From contig JAXGZN010000001.1 of the NCBI GenBank assembly GCA_040776945.1, positions 544,001 to 608,000 of the forward strand: a stretch of 64,000 nucleotides of DNA, written 5' to 3'. Each line of letters starts with the position of its first letter. Position 1 is the first letter of the stretch. Of this stretch, positions 10,026 to 20,837 are shown in pieces. This stretch comes from Methanomassiliicoccaceae archaeon (GTDB lineage Archaea; Thermoplasmatota; Thermoplasmata; Methanomassiliicoccales; Methanomassiliicoccaceae). The notes beneath the pieces are model-generated. The model was not told the origin of the DNA. It ran no database searches and saw only the letters and a program-made list of their open reading frames with translations. Both the position numbers and the translations under genes were made by a program.

Positions 10026-10841
10026 TCAGCGCACCACCTTGATCGCCGCGTAACCGACCACGTCCTCCATGGGAGATACGTCACCAGAGTTGCCATACTT
10101 TAACAGCTCGGCCCTGCTCCCACCAGAGGCTAGCAGCATGGCCATGACCGGACCGTAGCCGCACATGGATATGTTCTTTCGTATGACAGTGTCGTATACT
10201 CCCTCGGCGTCCAGGGCGAGGATGCGGTCGATGACCGAACGGTCCTGCTTAGCCGCCTCCTGGGCCGGAACGTAATGGGAGAAGTCGGTGGAGGCTATAA
10301 TCACGACATCTCGGCCCCGGCATGCCTTCTTTATCTCTTCGGCCACTTCCACCGCGGTCTCATGGTCCTGAGCGGCCATCGCTATCGGCACGAAGGTTAT
10401 GTCCTCCTTGAAATATTGGATGAACGGCAGCTGTACCTCGATGGAGTGTTCGTAGCGGTGAGCCATGGGATCATCGACTATGAGCCTCCCCATACCCTTG
10501 ATTATCTCCTTGTCCACCCTTACCTCCCCAAGCGGTGTGTCGAAGTCCTCAGTGGTCATCGACACCGGGGAACCCAGGCCGCTGTGGTTTGGCCCTATGA
10601 CAATGAAGGTCTCGGGGAATCCGTCGTTGGCAAGGGCGGCATATGCGTATGCGGCCACCGGACCAGAGTACACATATCCGGCGTGAGGGACCACCAGGCC
10701 GACGATCTTTCTAGGGCCGGCGGTGTTGAGCCGGGGCCGGCGGCCAAGGTAGGTATCATAGAGGCGGTCGATCTCTCCTCTGACCTGTCTCTCGGTGCGG
10801 GGATAGAACTTGCCTGCGACAGCGGGTTGCCTCAAGGCCAT
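10026..10841 (-). CDS. MEMO1-family protein (AmmeMemoRadiSam protein B)
   Basis: RQPAVAGKFYP, PHAGYVYSG, GPNHSG, EHSIEVQLPF, ASTDFSHY, SMCGYGP. Confidence 0.95.
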   Translation of the reverse strand: MALRQPAVAGKFYPRTERQVRGEIDRLYDTYLGRRPRLNTAGPRKIVGLVVPHAGYVYSGPVAAYAYAALANDGFPETFIVIGPNHSGLGSPVSMTTEDFDTPLGEVRVDKEIIKGMGRLIVDDPMAHRYEHSIEVQLPFIQYFKEDITFVPIAMAAQDHETAVEVAEEIKKACRGRDVVIIASTDFSHYVPAQEAAKQDRSVIDRILALDAEGVYDTVIRKNISMCGYGPVMAMLLASGGSRAELLKYGNSGDVSPMEDVVGYAAIKVVR

Positions 10842-10950
10842 CGTTTGAAAGAGTGTGTCAGCGGTTATATCAAATTACCGCGCTTGGACCCGAGGACCGG
10901 TGGAAGAAGAAAGAGATCTGCGTCCGCTCGGCAAGAACGGACAAAGGGTT

Positions 10951-11562
10951 TCAGAGGGAGGCCTCGAAGTCGTCCATGGTGAGCTTGAACTCATCATATG
11001 ACCTTATCAGGCCCTTCTCCTTCAGGACCTCTCTTGTCAGGAGCCAATATACGCAGGCCAGGGCCCGGCGGCCCTTGTTGTTGGTGGGGATCACAAGGTC
11101 CACGTTCCTGGTCTCGTTGTTGGCATCGCACAGGGCGACGATGGGGATCCCGACGTTCATGGCCTCGGCGACGGCTTGCTGGTCCGCCGCGGGGTCGGTG
11201 ACGATGAGCACCTCAGGTTCGATGTACTCAGGGAGCTTGGGGTTGGTCAAGGTCCCGGGAACGAAACGCCCGGCGAAGACCTTTGTCCCGATGGTCTTCG
11301 CAAAGACCTTGGCCGGTTTCTGACCGTACTGCCTGGCTGAGGATATTAGTATCCGGTCTGGCTGAATCCGGGCCAAGAACTTGGCCACCGCCCTGATCCG
11401 GGCATCGGTCTGCTTGACATCCATTACGTAAAGCCCGTCCGACCTGACCTTGAAGATGAACTTCTTCATGTCGGCGCTCTTTTGCTGGGTACCTATGTGG
11501 ACGCCCGAAGTCAGGTAAACATCTTCAGGCACCAGGAGCTCGGTCTTGACCTCTTCGCTCAT
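10951..11562 (-). CDS. rps2: 30S ribosomal protein S2 (uS2)
   Basis: [47 protein letters not shown]. Confidence 0.97.
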   Translation of the reverse strand: MSEEVKTELLVPEDVYLTSGVHIGTQQKSADMKKFIFKVRSDGLYVMDVKQTDARIRAVAKFLARIQPDRILISSARQYGQKPAKVFAKTIGTKVFAGRFVPGTLTNPKLPEYIEPEVLIVTDPAADQQAVAEAMNVGIPIVALCDANNETRNVDLVIPTNNKGRRALACVYWLLTREVLKEKGLIRSYDEFKLTMDDFEASL

Positions 11563-11572
11563 CTTAAAAACC

Positions 11573-11746
11573 TCATATGTCTCTTTTTACGGTGATAGGG
11601 AGAACACCCCTATCATACTCGAGCCTGGCAATCTCCACCGGGTCGATCATTCCCTCGGGTATGTCGATAAGGACGGGCGCGCCCAACGATACCTGCAAAG
11701 ACCGGGCACCTATGATACGCGCCTTCTCAAATCTAGTGTATTTCAT
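11573..11746 (-). CDS. rpoK: DNA-directed RNA polymerase subunit K (Rpo6), 57 aa
   Basis: Manual translation [57 protein letters not shown]; canonical signature, directly upstream of rps2. Missed by the ORF track. Confidence 0.96.
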   Translation of the reverse strand: MKYTRFEKARIIGARSLQVSLGAPVLIDIPEGMIDPVEIARLEYDRGVLPITVKRDI

Positions 11747-12414
11747 ATAAGCACCACGCGGGAGTGGCCTGATATTAACAGTCCGCTTATAAAGCTTTTG
11801 TAAGGGGTCTGATCGACGTCCAGTTTGTTGATTGCCATCTTCTCATACCATCTTTTTATGCATCACCTATGCCGATTTTCTAGGGTGTGACCAATGGTTT
11901 TGGTGAATAGCCGATTACAGAAGGTCATCTTAAACGCTTGTATCGGCATGGTGGCGAAAACTACTAGTTCTGACCGCCTGCCCCGCCGAAGCCTTGCCCG
12001 CCATCCGCAGGCACCAGATGACAATAGGCTAGAGCGCGTGCTCCCCGATCGCATCATAGCATCATCTTAACGCAAAGGAAATCGGGAGCACAGGAGGATG
12101 CGGAGAACGATAAGGACGGTCACGGCGAAGGTCGGACAGCAGGGAGCTATGGCGAAAGGGACCTTATCGCCCTTCTCGGCCTTCTGCGCTCTCGCTCATG
12201 ATCGCCCTCTCTATCTCACGATCGCCGGGTCGGGGACATTGCTCCCCATCATGGGCACCGCTGCGCCCCTGGTCTTCGACCTCTCCCTACTTTCGATGGC
12301 AGCTTCGCCCGGGCTCGGGGGCCCGCCTTATGCTGGAGCAACAGTGAGGGAATGCCGGGTCGGCATCCGCGCCCTTGCTGATGACATGGGCGGCATGAAC
12401 ATCTGGCCTGCCTA

Positions 12415-12912
12415 TCAAGGGCCGTTCTCCATCCTCTTCCTCAAGTGGGCGACCAAACCCCCGTCCTCAAGTATCTTGAGCAGGAACGCCGGCGGCGGAT
12501 TGAACCTTGCGGATTCGCCTGTGCGGGCGTTGCGCAACATCCCTGCCTCAAGGTCGATCTCAGCGGTGTCTCCCTTCTCGAACATCCGGCCCGCTTCCGG
12601 ACATATCACGACCGGCAGTCCGACGTTCATTGAGTTACGGTAGAATATCCGCGATGCGCTGCCCGCGATTATCGCTGCCACGCCTGCCGCCTTCAATGCC
12701 AGGGGGGCCTGTTCCCTTGAGGAGCCGCATCCAAAGTTGCGGCCGGCCACCATTATATCGCCGGGTCGGACCTCTTTGGCGAACTGGACGTCCACGTCCT
12801 CCATGGCATGGGCGGCGAGATGCCTGAGATCGTAGTTATCGAGATACCGTCCTGGAATTATCAGGTCGGTGTTTATATGGTCCCCGTATCTCCATACTCT
12901 GCCGGAGATCAT
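12415..12912 (-). CDS. leuD: 3-isopropylmalate/homoaconitate dehydratase small subunit
   Basis: [36 protein letters not shown]. LeuD versus HacB cannot be resolved by eye. Confidence 0.88.
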   Translation of the reverse strand: MISGRVWRYGDHINTDLIIPGRYLDNYDLRHLAAHAMEDVDVQFAKEVRPGDIMVAGRNFGCGSSREQAPLALKAAGVAAIIAGSASRIFYRNSMNVGLPVVICPEAGRMFEKGDTAEIDLEAGMLRNARTGESARFNPPPAFLLKILEDGGLVAHLRKRMENGP

Positions 12913-12913
12913 T

Positions 12914-14167
12914 TCAGAGCCTCCTTGGATCGGCTATGGCGCCCTTGAGCGCGCTGGCGGCCACTGTCTCCGGTGACGCGAGGTACACTTCGGAATCCGG
13001 TGATCCCATGCGTCCCCGGAAGTTGCGGTTGGTGGTGGAGATGCATCGCTCTCCTGCCGCCAGAATGCCTTGGTGCCCGCCCAGGCAGGGGCCGCATCCA
13101 GGGTTCACTATGACCGCTCCGGACCTTGCAAGTGATGACAGCAGGCCCTTCTCCGCCGCCTCTATATATATCTCCCTCGACGCGGGCACCACGATGAACC
13201 GCACATCCTCTGATATCTTGTTACCGCGCAGGACGGCCTCCGCTGCGGCCAGGTCCTCAAGGCGCCCGTTGGTGCAGGACCCCAGTACCGCCTGGTCGAT
13301 CCTCGTTCCCTCGACCTTGCCCACGGGAACGACGTTGTCCACGGTGTGCGGGCACGCCACCTGCGGCTCCAGTTCCTCGACGTCCATCTCCAGCTCCTCA
13401 TCGGCCTTCCCCGTCTGGCATGATGTGTCCATCTCCACCTTGCGGGTGGTCCTCGTAGACAGCCAGTCCTGGGTCTTGCGATCGGGGTAGCATATGCCGG
13501 CCTTAGCTCCCATCTCGATGCTCATGTTGCTCAGTACCATCCGTGAGGCTATGCTCATCCGAGACACTGTGTCGCCGACGAACTCCACGCACTTGTAGTC
13601 TGCCCCGTCGGAGCCTAGAGAACCGATGATATGCAATATGACATCCTTTGACCACACATGTGCCGGCAACTTGCCTCGCAGGTGGATCCGCATCGTCTCC
13701 GGCACCTTGAGCCATATCTCGCCAGTGGCCCATACTGCGGCCATCTCCGTGGCGCCGATCCCGGTGGCGAAGGCGCCTAATGCCCCATAGGTCGTAGTGT
13801 GCGAATCGGTCCCAACGATCAGCATCTCTGGTAGGACATGTCCCTTCTCCGGGAGCACCTGATGGCAGATGCCCTCTCCCAGATCATAGAAGTTGGGCAG
13901 GGCCTCGGAGCGGGCGAAGGTGCGGACCTCCTTGTGCCCCTCGGCCGTTTTTATGGTGTTGGCAGGGATGCGGTGATCGAACAGCATGACCACCTTTCGT
14001 GGGTCCCATATCCGTCTGGCCCCGATCTCGCGGAACGAGCGCAGGACCAGGGAGGAGTTCTCATGGGACATTGCCAGGTCCACCTTGGCGTTCACGATGT
14101 CTCCGGTACGGACCGTCCCACCGCTGGCGCGTGAAAGAACCTTCTGCGCAAAGGTCATGGAGGTCAT
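12914..14167 (-). CDS. leuC: 3-isopropylmalate/homoaconitate dehydratase large subunit
   Basis: GICHQV, GTDSHTTTYGALGAF, GSCTNGRLEDL, PGCGPCLG, STTNRNFRGRMG. LeuC versus HacA cannot be resolved by eye. Confidence 0.9.
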   Translation of the reverse strand: MTSMTFAQKVLSRASGGTVRTGDIVNAKVDLAMSHENSSLVLRSFREIGARRIWDPRKVVMLFDHRIPANTIKTAEGHKEVRTFARSEALPNFYDLGEGICHQVLPEKGHVLPEMLIVGTDSHTTTYGALGAFATGIGATEMAAVWATGEIWLKVPETMRIHLRGKLPAHVWSKDVILHIIGSLGSDGADYKCVEFVGDTVSRMSIASRMVLSNMSIEMGAKAGICYPDRKTQDWLSTRTTRKVEMDTSCQTGKADEELEMDVEELEPQVACPHTVDNVVPVGKVEGTRIDQAVLGSCTNGRLEDLAAAEAVLRGNKISEDVRFIVVPASREIYIEAAEKGLLSSLARSGAVIVNPGCGPCLGGHQGILAAGERCISTTNRNFRGRMGSPDSEVYLASPETVAASALKGAIADPRRL

Positions 14168-14440
14168 GTCCAAGCACACATCTTGGTCACTTAAATCATT
14201 ATCGCAGGCCCCTGCCGCCCTTCCCAGGTGCACCATTTCAACGGGCCGGCGTGGACCCGGGGGGCCGCGCAAATATCATAAGGGTAATGATATACTGCGA
14301 AAAATATGGTTGCAAGCAGCGTTAGTCGTTTTTCTTAAGCATCTTATCGTAATCCATCTGCGATTGTCGAAACTGACTTTCGGTAAAGATTTATACCGAA
14401 TCACATTTCCTTATCCCAGTTAGATTTGGGAGAATTTGGC

Positions 14441-16159
14441 ATGGAGGAGTTCATACCATCCAAGCACAAGGGAAATCTCCAGGATTATGAGGCCGCTCTG
14501 AAGGAGTTCACCTGGTCCTCGGTCGACAAAGAGTTCGACTGGCACACGGGGGGCACCTATAACGTCGCTGCGGAGGCTATAGACCGCCACGCTCTGAACT
14601 GGAGGAAGAACAAGATCGCCCTGTATTCAATAACTGCCAGCAACGAGGTGCGCAAGTACACCTTCGGCGAGATGGCAGAGATGACCAATAAGCTCGCCTC
14701 CGGGCTTGAGAAGCTCGGTGCGGTCAAGGGCGATCGGATCTTCGTCTATCTGGACCGGACCTCGGAACTGTATATGGCCATGATCGCGATAACCAAGATG
14801 GGGGGCATAGCCGGTCCGCTGTTCTCCGCACTTGGTCCGGAAGCGGTGAAGGACCGCGCGCTGGACAGCGGCGCACGGTTCGTCGTCACCTCGCCATACC
14901 TGTACAAGCGGCTGGAACCAGTACTAGACGATATCGTGGATGTAGAGAAGTACATCATCGTCGGCGACAATTCCGACCTCGGCGAGGACACGATCAACTT
15001 CGACGAGGTCATGGCCTCCGGCGACCCAAGCTACCAAACGGTCAGCATGGCGCCTACCGATCCGTATATCATACACTACACCTCCGGCTCGACCGGCAAG
15101 CCCAAGGGAGTGCTCCTTGGTCATAAGTCGATGGTACAGCAATGGTTCACGTCCCGCAACATCCTCGACCTCCGGGAGGAGGACACCTACTGGTGCACCG
15201 CCGACCCCGGATGGGTCACTGGCACATCCTACGGCATATTCGGCCCATGGTACCTGGGAACGACCATCGTATCGTACGAAGGAAGGTTCGACGCCCGGAC
15301 GTGGTACGGGATCCTCCAGAAGTATGGTGTTACTGTCTGGTACACGGCGCCGACAGCCCTCAGGATGCTGATGAAGGCCGGAGACGACGTGGTCAAGGAG
15401 TTTGACTTCTCCAAGCTTCGCCATATCTGCTCGGTCGGAGAGCCTCTCAACGCGGAGGTCGTGCGCTGGGGGATGAAGGTTATGGACCGCCGCATCCATG
15501 ATACATGGTGGCAGACCGAGACCGGTGCCCAGCTGATATGCAACTATCCGTGCATGACCATCAAGCCAGGCTCGATGGGGCGCCCGATTCCCGGGGTCAT
15601 CGCCTCGGTTGTCGACGAGAATGGCGTCGAGGTCCCCCCGAGGAAAGAGGGCTTCCTGGCGCTCCGTCCCGGCTGGCCGTCGATGATGCTCGGCATATGG
15701 CGGAACACCCCTAAGTTCAAGGAGTACTTCCGTGTGCCGGGGTGGTACATCGCAGGAGATCAGGCCTATAAGGACGAGGACGGCTACTTCTGGTTCCTCG
15801 GGCGTGCCGATGATGTCATCAAGACCTCTGGCGAGCGCCTCGGACCGTTCGAGGTGGAGTCAGCCCTGATCGAGCATCCCGCGGTTGCCGAGGCCGGGGT
15901 CATCGGCAAGCCCGATGAGCTTCGCGGTGAGATCGTGAAGGCGTTCATCACACTGAGGCCGGGGAACACCCCCTCCGACCAGCTGAAGGAGGACATCACC
16001 AAGTTCGTGAAGACCCGGCTGGCATACTATGCGTACCCGAGGGAGATCGAGTTCGTCGAGACACTGCCGAAGACGCGCTCTGGTAAGATCATGAGGCGCG
16101 TGCTCAAGGCCAAGGAGCTGGGGCAGCCGCTCGGCGACCTGTCAACGCTGGAAGATTGA
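14441..16159 (+). CDS. acsA: Acetyl-CoA synthetase (AMP-forming)
   Basis: YTSGSTGKPKGV, WCTADPGWVTG, SVGEPLN, DTWWQTETG, GRADDVI, LPKTRSGKIMRRVL. Confidence 0.95.
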   Translation: MEEFIPSKHKGNLQDYEAALKEFTWSSVDKEFDWHTGGTYNVAAEAIDRHALNWRKNKIALYSITASNEVRKYTFGEMAEMTNKLASGLEKLGAVKGDRIFVYLDRTSELYMAMIAITKMGGIAGPLFSALGPEAVKDRALDSGARFVVTSPYLYKRLEPVLDDIVDVEKYIIVGDNSDLGEDTINFDEVMASGDPSYQTVSMAPTDPYIIHYTSGSTGKPKGVLLGHKSMVQQWFTSRNILDLREEDTYWCTADPGWVTGTSYGIFGPWYLGTTIVSYEGRFDARTWYGILQKYGVTVWYTAPTALRMLMKAGDDVVKEFDFSKLRHICSVGEPLNAEVVRWGMKVMDRRIHDTWWQTETGAQLICNYPCMTIKPGSMGRPIPGVIASVVDENGVEVPPRKEGFLALRPGWPSMMLGIWRNTPKFKEYFRVPGWYIAGDQAYKDEDGYFWFLGRADDVIKTSGERLGPFEVESALIEHPAVAEAGVIGKPDELRGEIVKAFITLRPGNTPSDQLKEDITKFVKTRLAYYAYPREIEFVETLPKTRSGKIMRRVLKAKELGQPLGDLSTLED

Positions 16160-16291
16160 GGGGGCCGCCTCGGCCGGCCCTTCAAACCCCTTTATCATCC
16201 TTTTATATCGGGCCTCTCCAGAGAGAGGGTGAGCGGACGCCGCTGTTGATGCGGCGCTGTAAAAATGTGCTCTAAAATATTGGAAATGGTT

Positions 16292-16684
16292 TCAGAGAAG
16301 GCTCCGGGGGACCTTGGAGAAAAGCTCCTTCCATGATACGAAGCCTATCATCTTCCCATCCTTATCGACCACCGGCAGTCGGCGAACGTTCTTGTCGTTC
16401 ATAATCGCCAGCGCATCCGATACCTTCATTGTCTCCGGCACGGTCTGGACCGGTGAGCTCATGACCTCGGACACCTTGAGATGCAGGAACTTGGACTGGT
16501 TGGTCAGGTAGCGCCGCAGCACGTCCCTCTCGGTAAAGATCCCGATGACCTTTTCTTTGTCGTTCACCACGATGACGCTGCCTTGGTCATGGTCCACCAT
16601 AAGCTCTATGGCACTGAGGACGGAATCCTCCGGGGATACTATCTCCATCTTCTGAATCATGTAGTCTTTGACGAGAGCGGACAT
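16292..16684 (-). CDS. CBS-domain pair protein
   Basis: VKDYM, IGIFTERD, VSEVMSSPV, VRRLPVVD..GKMIG. Confidence 0.92.
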   Translation of the reverse strand: MSALVKDYMIQKMEIVSPEDSVLSAIELMVDHDQGSVIVVNDKEKVIGIFTERDVLRRYLTNQSKFLHLKVSEVMSSPVQTVPETMKVSDALAIMNDKNVRRLPVVDKDGKMIGFVSWKELFSKVPRSLL

Positions 16685-16951
16685 ATGCTCCCTCCTATAA
16701 TCGGTTCCTAATGACTCGAACGATTCATAAACTAATGGGTCCTCCTACCCGGGGGCTGGAACGACCGCGGCCGCCTCCGCTGCGAAAGGTGACCGCTCTC
16801 AACGATAATCCTTCGGCGGCTGCGATTCACGTTGTGACGCTGGAGCAAGGCACTGAACTGACCGTGACCAGTGCCGTTGGGCGACCTTATTATATCGTAG
16901 GCGAGAGTACCGGAGATGCTTTGCGCCCATGCCGTTCGTGGAGGGGGACGC

Positions 16952-17713
16952 TCATCGGCGTCCATTTTGCAGGCCGAACCATTCCGCGCGGTCCCTGGCC
17001 TTGTAGTAAGCGGGATCCATTCGTACCACCGCGATGGCGGCCAGTGGGCCGAGGGGCAGGAATAGGGGTTCCTCGAGCGTCGCCGCGACGGCGGCCGATA
17101 GGGCGAGCAAAGCGGCCGCGGATGCGTAACGCAGTCGATGGCCTCTCATCGCCCGGTCATAGTCATCGAAGAACTTCTCCTCTATTTCCGGCGGGCCCAT
17201 AACCGAGGCGAAGATGGCCGAAGAGTACAAGGTTGCATCGTACATCGCCCTGCGAGGGTCCCTCCTCGGTCTGACCGCGGAGATGCATTCCCTCACGAAG
17301 GCCGGGGAGCACTCTGCCATCCCTATCCCTTCGAGCACTGCCCTTCGTGGAGGAGGCAGATCGGCGATGTCGTCCTCTCGTGCATCATGCCTCCATCCTC
17401 CGAGACCGGTGTGGACACACTTGTCCTGGACATAATGCAGCGCCCGACCGATTGACTTGACCGCCCAGTAATCGTTGCCGTCGAGATATGCTCTCCGGGC
17501 CCTCCATGCATATGCCATTATCGTCCCGGTCGGAGGCTGGTGGTGGGGTGCCCTTCCAATATAGCTCCTGCCGCTTCTGCTGGTCCGGAACGCAAGATCG
17601 GGGCGCTTGTCAGGCTCGATCGAACCGGCACAGAATGCCCTCTCTAGGTCCTCAGGGAGACCCATCTCCCCCGATATAGCACGGGCTATGGCCGTATGAC
17701 TTTTCCACTTCAT
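16952..17713 (-). CDS. Zinc-dependent phospholipase C / S1-P1-like family protein with C-terminal TM hairpin
   Basis: MKWKSH, GSIEPD, PHH, GRALHYVQD, RHDARE zinc-ligand pattern. Confidence 0.75.
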   Translation of the reverse strand: MKWKSHTAIARAISGEMGLPEDLERAFCAGSIEPDKRPDLAFRTSRSGRSYIGRAPHHQPPTGTIMAYAWRARRAYLDGNDYWAVKSIGRALHYVQDKCVHTGLGGWRHDAREDDIADLPPPRRAVLEGIGMAECSPAFVRECISAVRPRRDPRRAMYDATLYSSAIFASVMGPPEIEEKFFDDYDRAMRGHRLRYASAAALLALSAAVAATLEEPLFLPLGPLAAIAVVRMDPAYYKARDRAEWFGLQNGRR

Positions 17714-17846
17714 CCCATCCCGGAGCGGGCAGGGTCCGATGTAGTATATAATAAAAAAGGGGACCTGGCCGAAAATGCCTTTCCTTCTGGCCATGGCCCT
17801 AGAGTTCCAGCGAATGCTTATCTCTCCGAGCTACATATTTCTAGGC

Positions 17847-18374
17847 GTGCCGCTGCAGCGCCTGTTCGTACGCCATGACTCCCGCCTGTTCTCCACGCTA
17901 TCGCCCGAGGATGCCGTCTCTATCACTGGCTCCTTCCTCTCCCAGGCCCAGTTCCATGTCCAATATGTGGCGCCGTACCAGATCCACGCTGAGCAGTTCT
18001 TCCAGAAGCTTGGCCTGCGCCGCGCTATGGACGTGTGGGTGACCAGACAGGACGGGTCGGCCGTGGTCACGGCGGAGATCTCCGCGACCCTGGGCGATGC
18101 CGAGGCGGCGGTGGGCCTCATAGGAGCGATCGCATATCTTCCCCTGGCGGCTGCGGTCGGCGCGGTCTCATACATTGATTATGAAAGGGACGCCAATGCG
18201 CTCCTGATGTCCATGTGGAGCTACCTAGGATCGTATGTGCCGACCAGCGGCGGGGAGCCTTCTGCGGGAGAGCGGCGCTGCGGCAATTGTGGGCTGGCGC
18301 TCGACCCCGATGCGCGGTTCTGCAAGCGGTGCGGAGCCCAGGCGGCTGAACAGACTGGCCGAGCTTTTGTCTGA
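17847..18374 (+). CDS. Hypothetical protein with C-terminal zinc ribbon
   Basis: C-terminal CGNCG...ARFCKRCG. Start taken at GTG 17847 (uncertain). Confidence 0.7.
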   Translation: MPLQRLFVRHDSRLFSTLSPEDAVSITGSFLSQAQFHVQYVAPYQIHAEQFFQKLGLRRAMDVWVTRQDGSAVVTAEISATLGDAEAAVGLIGAIAYLPLAAAVGAVSYIDYERDANALLMSMWSYLGSYVPTSGGEPSAGERRCGNCGLALDPDARFCKRCGAQAAEQTGRAFV

Positions 18375-18420
18375 CACTTGGCCGACAAGTTTTATAATGT
18401 AGAACAGATATTCTACGGTT

Positions 18421-18822
18421 ATGTCTCAGGATGGGAGAGGCAGCTCTATATTGAGCGGACAGACCGTAGGTTTCATTACTATCGCGGTCGGGTTCGCAGT
18501 GCTCATTTCGACTTATGCGACCGACAATTTCTGGCTGATCATACCGGTCGTCCTGATCGAGATCGGGTTCTATGGCCTGGTCATCGGGGCCTTCGCCGGC
18601 ATGCGGGGCGACAGGGGGCCGATCGGCGGGTTCCGCTGGGGCAACGACCCAGCATATACCATGTTCTGGGGAAGCCTGCTCGTGCTGATAGGAGCGTTAT
18701 GGCTCGTCAACGACGTCTGGCCTGACAACATCCCCGCGCTGATCTCAGTGTTCCTCATCTGGATCGGCATCGCCGTGATGCTCTTGACCCGGAGGGGAGC
18801 GACCAAGTCCAGGGTCTGGTAG
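18421..18822 (+). CDS. Hypothetical 4-TM membrane protein
   Basis: Four hydrophobic segments; TATA-like ttttataa upstream. Confidence 0.7.
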   Translation: MSQDGRGSSILSGQTVGFITIAVGFAVLISTYATDNFWLIIPVVLIEIGFYGLVIGAFAGMRGDRGPIGGFRWGNDPAYTMFWGSLLVLIGALWLVNDVWPDNIPALISVFLIWIGIAVMLLTRRGATKSRVW

Positions 18823-19019
18823 GCAAGGAGAACGCTGAGCGGGCCCAGGCGACGAGTGCCCCTGGGACTATGAGGCCCCGGGCCCGCTCATTTCCAATTT
18901 TGCGGGTTTCCGTCAGCTGCTGCATTCGATAGTCCGCTTCTCCGTGCATCAGCGGTAAACCTTTTATCGCCTCCTCCCGGTCTTGTCCTCGAGGGATATC
19001 CGCGCATGCCAAGGAAAGA

Positions 19020-20405
19020 GTGGCGCTGGCCTCGGTCATCGCCGCTGTGCTTCTCACCGTTACAAAGCTTACGGTGGGCTTCTACACCAATAGCCTGGGC
19101 ATTATCTCAGAGGCGTTACACTCCGGCATCGATCTGATTGCCGCGGTCATGACCCTGTACGCTGTCAAAGCTGCCGCCCGCCCTCCGGACGCTGACCACA
19201 TGTACGGCCACGAAAAGATCGAGTCCCTGTCCAGCCTAGGGGAGACGGCGCTGCTGTTCGTGACCTGCGGCTGGATCGTCTACGAGGCCATAAATCGGCT
19301 GTTCTTCCATGCCGTGGAGGTGGAGCTGGGCATAAGCGCCCTTCTGGTCATGCTACTATCGGTCGCAGTGGACTACTCCCGTTCCCGAGCCTTGCTCCGC
19401 ACGGCCCGCAAATATAAGAGCCAGGCCCTGGAGGCAGATGCCATCCACTTCTCTACCGACCTCATATCCTCAGTGGTGGTCATCGTGGGCGTCCTGTTGA
19501 CCATGGCCGGGTTCCCCAACTTCGATTCCATTGCCGCCCTGGGGGTTGCCGCGGTGACCGCGGTTATCGGCTATAGGCTGTGGAAGAGGTCAGTTCACAC
19601 GCTCATGGACGGGGCGCCGGCCGGCCTCTCCAACACTGTCGCCCGAGAGATCATGTCAGTGCCTGGCATTCTAAGGATCGGCCGGATGAGGATCAGGGAG
19701 TCGGGCGCGATCACCTTTGTGGAGGCCACGGTGTTCATTGATCCGGTGCTCCCAGTTGAGCAGGGGCACCGTCTCACAGAGCAAGTGAAGGAGAGGGTCG
19801 GGTACGCCATTCCGAACGCCGATGTCATCGTGCACACCGCACCCCTGTGCATAGAGGATGCTTCCCTGGAGGACCGCGTCCGGGCCGAGGGCGCCACCAT
19901 GCCTGAGATCAGCAATGTGCATAATATCGTGATGACCGACGGGCCGGAAGGACGCCTTGTCGAGCTCCACATAGAGATCGATGGGGATCTCACGGTCGAG
20001 CAGGGGCATGACATCGCATGCCGTCTGGAGGAGAAGGTGATCGGACTGGACCCCTGCATAGTCCGAGTGGTGTCCCACATCGAGCCAGCGGGTTGCGAGA
20101 TGAGCAGTGGCAGAACCTCCACCAAGGAGAAGGAGAGAATATTGGAGACCATCGACCGGATCGCTGACCAGTTCCCGGAGATAAAGCGGTGGCGGGATGT
20201 GAGCGTCCACCTGACGAGCGGCGGCTATCGTGTCATCCTTTGCTGCCAGTTCGTTCCCCTGCTCAGCGTGAGCCGTGCCCATGAGGTGGCCACGCGCTTG
20301 GAGGGAGCGGTCCGCTCCCGGCACCCCGAGATCGACAGTGTGACCATACATCTCGAGCCGCTGGGCAGATCAATCGATGTCGGCGGCCAGGTTCCTAGAG
20401 AGTAG
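19020..20405 (+). CDS. Cation diffusion facilitator (FieF-like) with three C-terminal dimerisation domains
   Basis: SEALHSGID, PPDADHMYGHEKIE, LEADAIHFSTD; three repeats of ..H.(I/L/V)..../V..H.(E/A)P. Confidence 0.9.
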   Translation: MALASVIAAVLLTVTKLTVGFYTNSLGIISEALHSGIDLIAAVMTLYAVKAAARPPDADHMYGHEKIESLSSLGETALLFVTCGWIVYEAINRLFFHAVEVELGISALLVMLLSVAVDYSRSRALLRTARKYKSQALEADAIHFSTDLISSVVVIVGVLLTMAGFPNFDSIAALGVAAVTAVIGYRLWKRSVHTLMDGAPAGLSNTVAREIMSVPGILRIGRMRIRESGAITFVEATVFIDPVLPVEQGHRLTEQVKERVGYAIPNADVIVHTAPLCIEDASLEDRVRAEGATMPEISNVHNIVMTDGPEGRLVELHIEIDGDLTVEQGHDIACRLEEKVIGLDPCIVRVVSHIEPAGCEMSSGRTSTKEKERILETIDRIADQFPEIKRWRDVSVHLTSGGYRVILCCQFVPLLSVSRAHEVATRLEGAVRSRHPEIDSVTIHLEPLGRSIDVGGQVPRE

Positions 20406-20795
20406 GGAGCACTTCTGAGGGTGGACCATGCCTCCCCGCTCCACGAACACCCGGAAGGTGCCCTTTTCCTCCTGCTCTATGTCCACTTCGTAGCCCTCCT
20501 CCTTGGCCTTGACCCTTTCCACCGTGCCGTTCCCGATGAACTCCAGCGCCCTCTCCACGGCCTCCCGCTGAGTGATGTTCTTGCCTGGCGGTATATCGTC
20601 CAGGTCTTCCTCGAAGCAATGCCGGGCGGTGCCCTTGCGGTCGATCACGACACCGCGGTCCCCCTTTCGCGTATGGAACTGGAAGTAGTGGTCCTCTCCC
20701 TTCTCATACCTGGCCACAACGGCATCGTGGTCCCCGGTCCGGTCCGCCACGCAACGCCTGGCGACCCTGAGGGCCTCGTCGAAATCTATGTCCAT
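20370..20795 (-). CDS. PepSY-like repeat protein
   Basis: Two PepSY-like units (IDFDEALRVA...VVIDRKG; ITQREAVERAL...YEVDIE...VFVE). Confidence 0.55.
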   Translation of the reverse strand: MDIDFDEALRVARRCVADRTGDHDAVVARYEKGEDHYFQFHTRKGDRGVVIDRKGTARHCFEEDLDDIPPGKNITQREAVERALEFIGNGTVERVKAKEEGYEVDIEQEEKGTFRVFVERGGMVHPQKCSLLSRNLAADID

Positions 20796-20837
20796 GGTGC
20801 ATCGGGAGATATTTGGAGGCGGTTGGAGAAATAGGTT

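Noticed and set aside
12098-12643. 181-aa plus-strand ORF
   Set aside because: Overlaps leuD antisense and has no recognisable motifs; cannot be supported as a gene.
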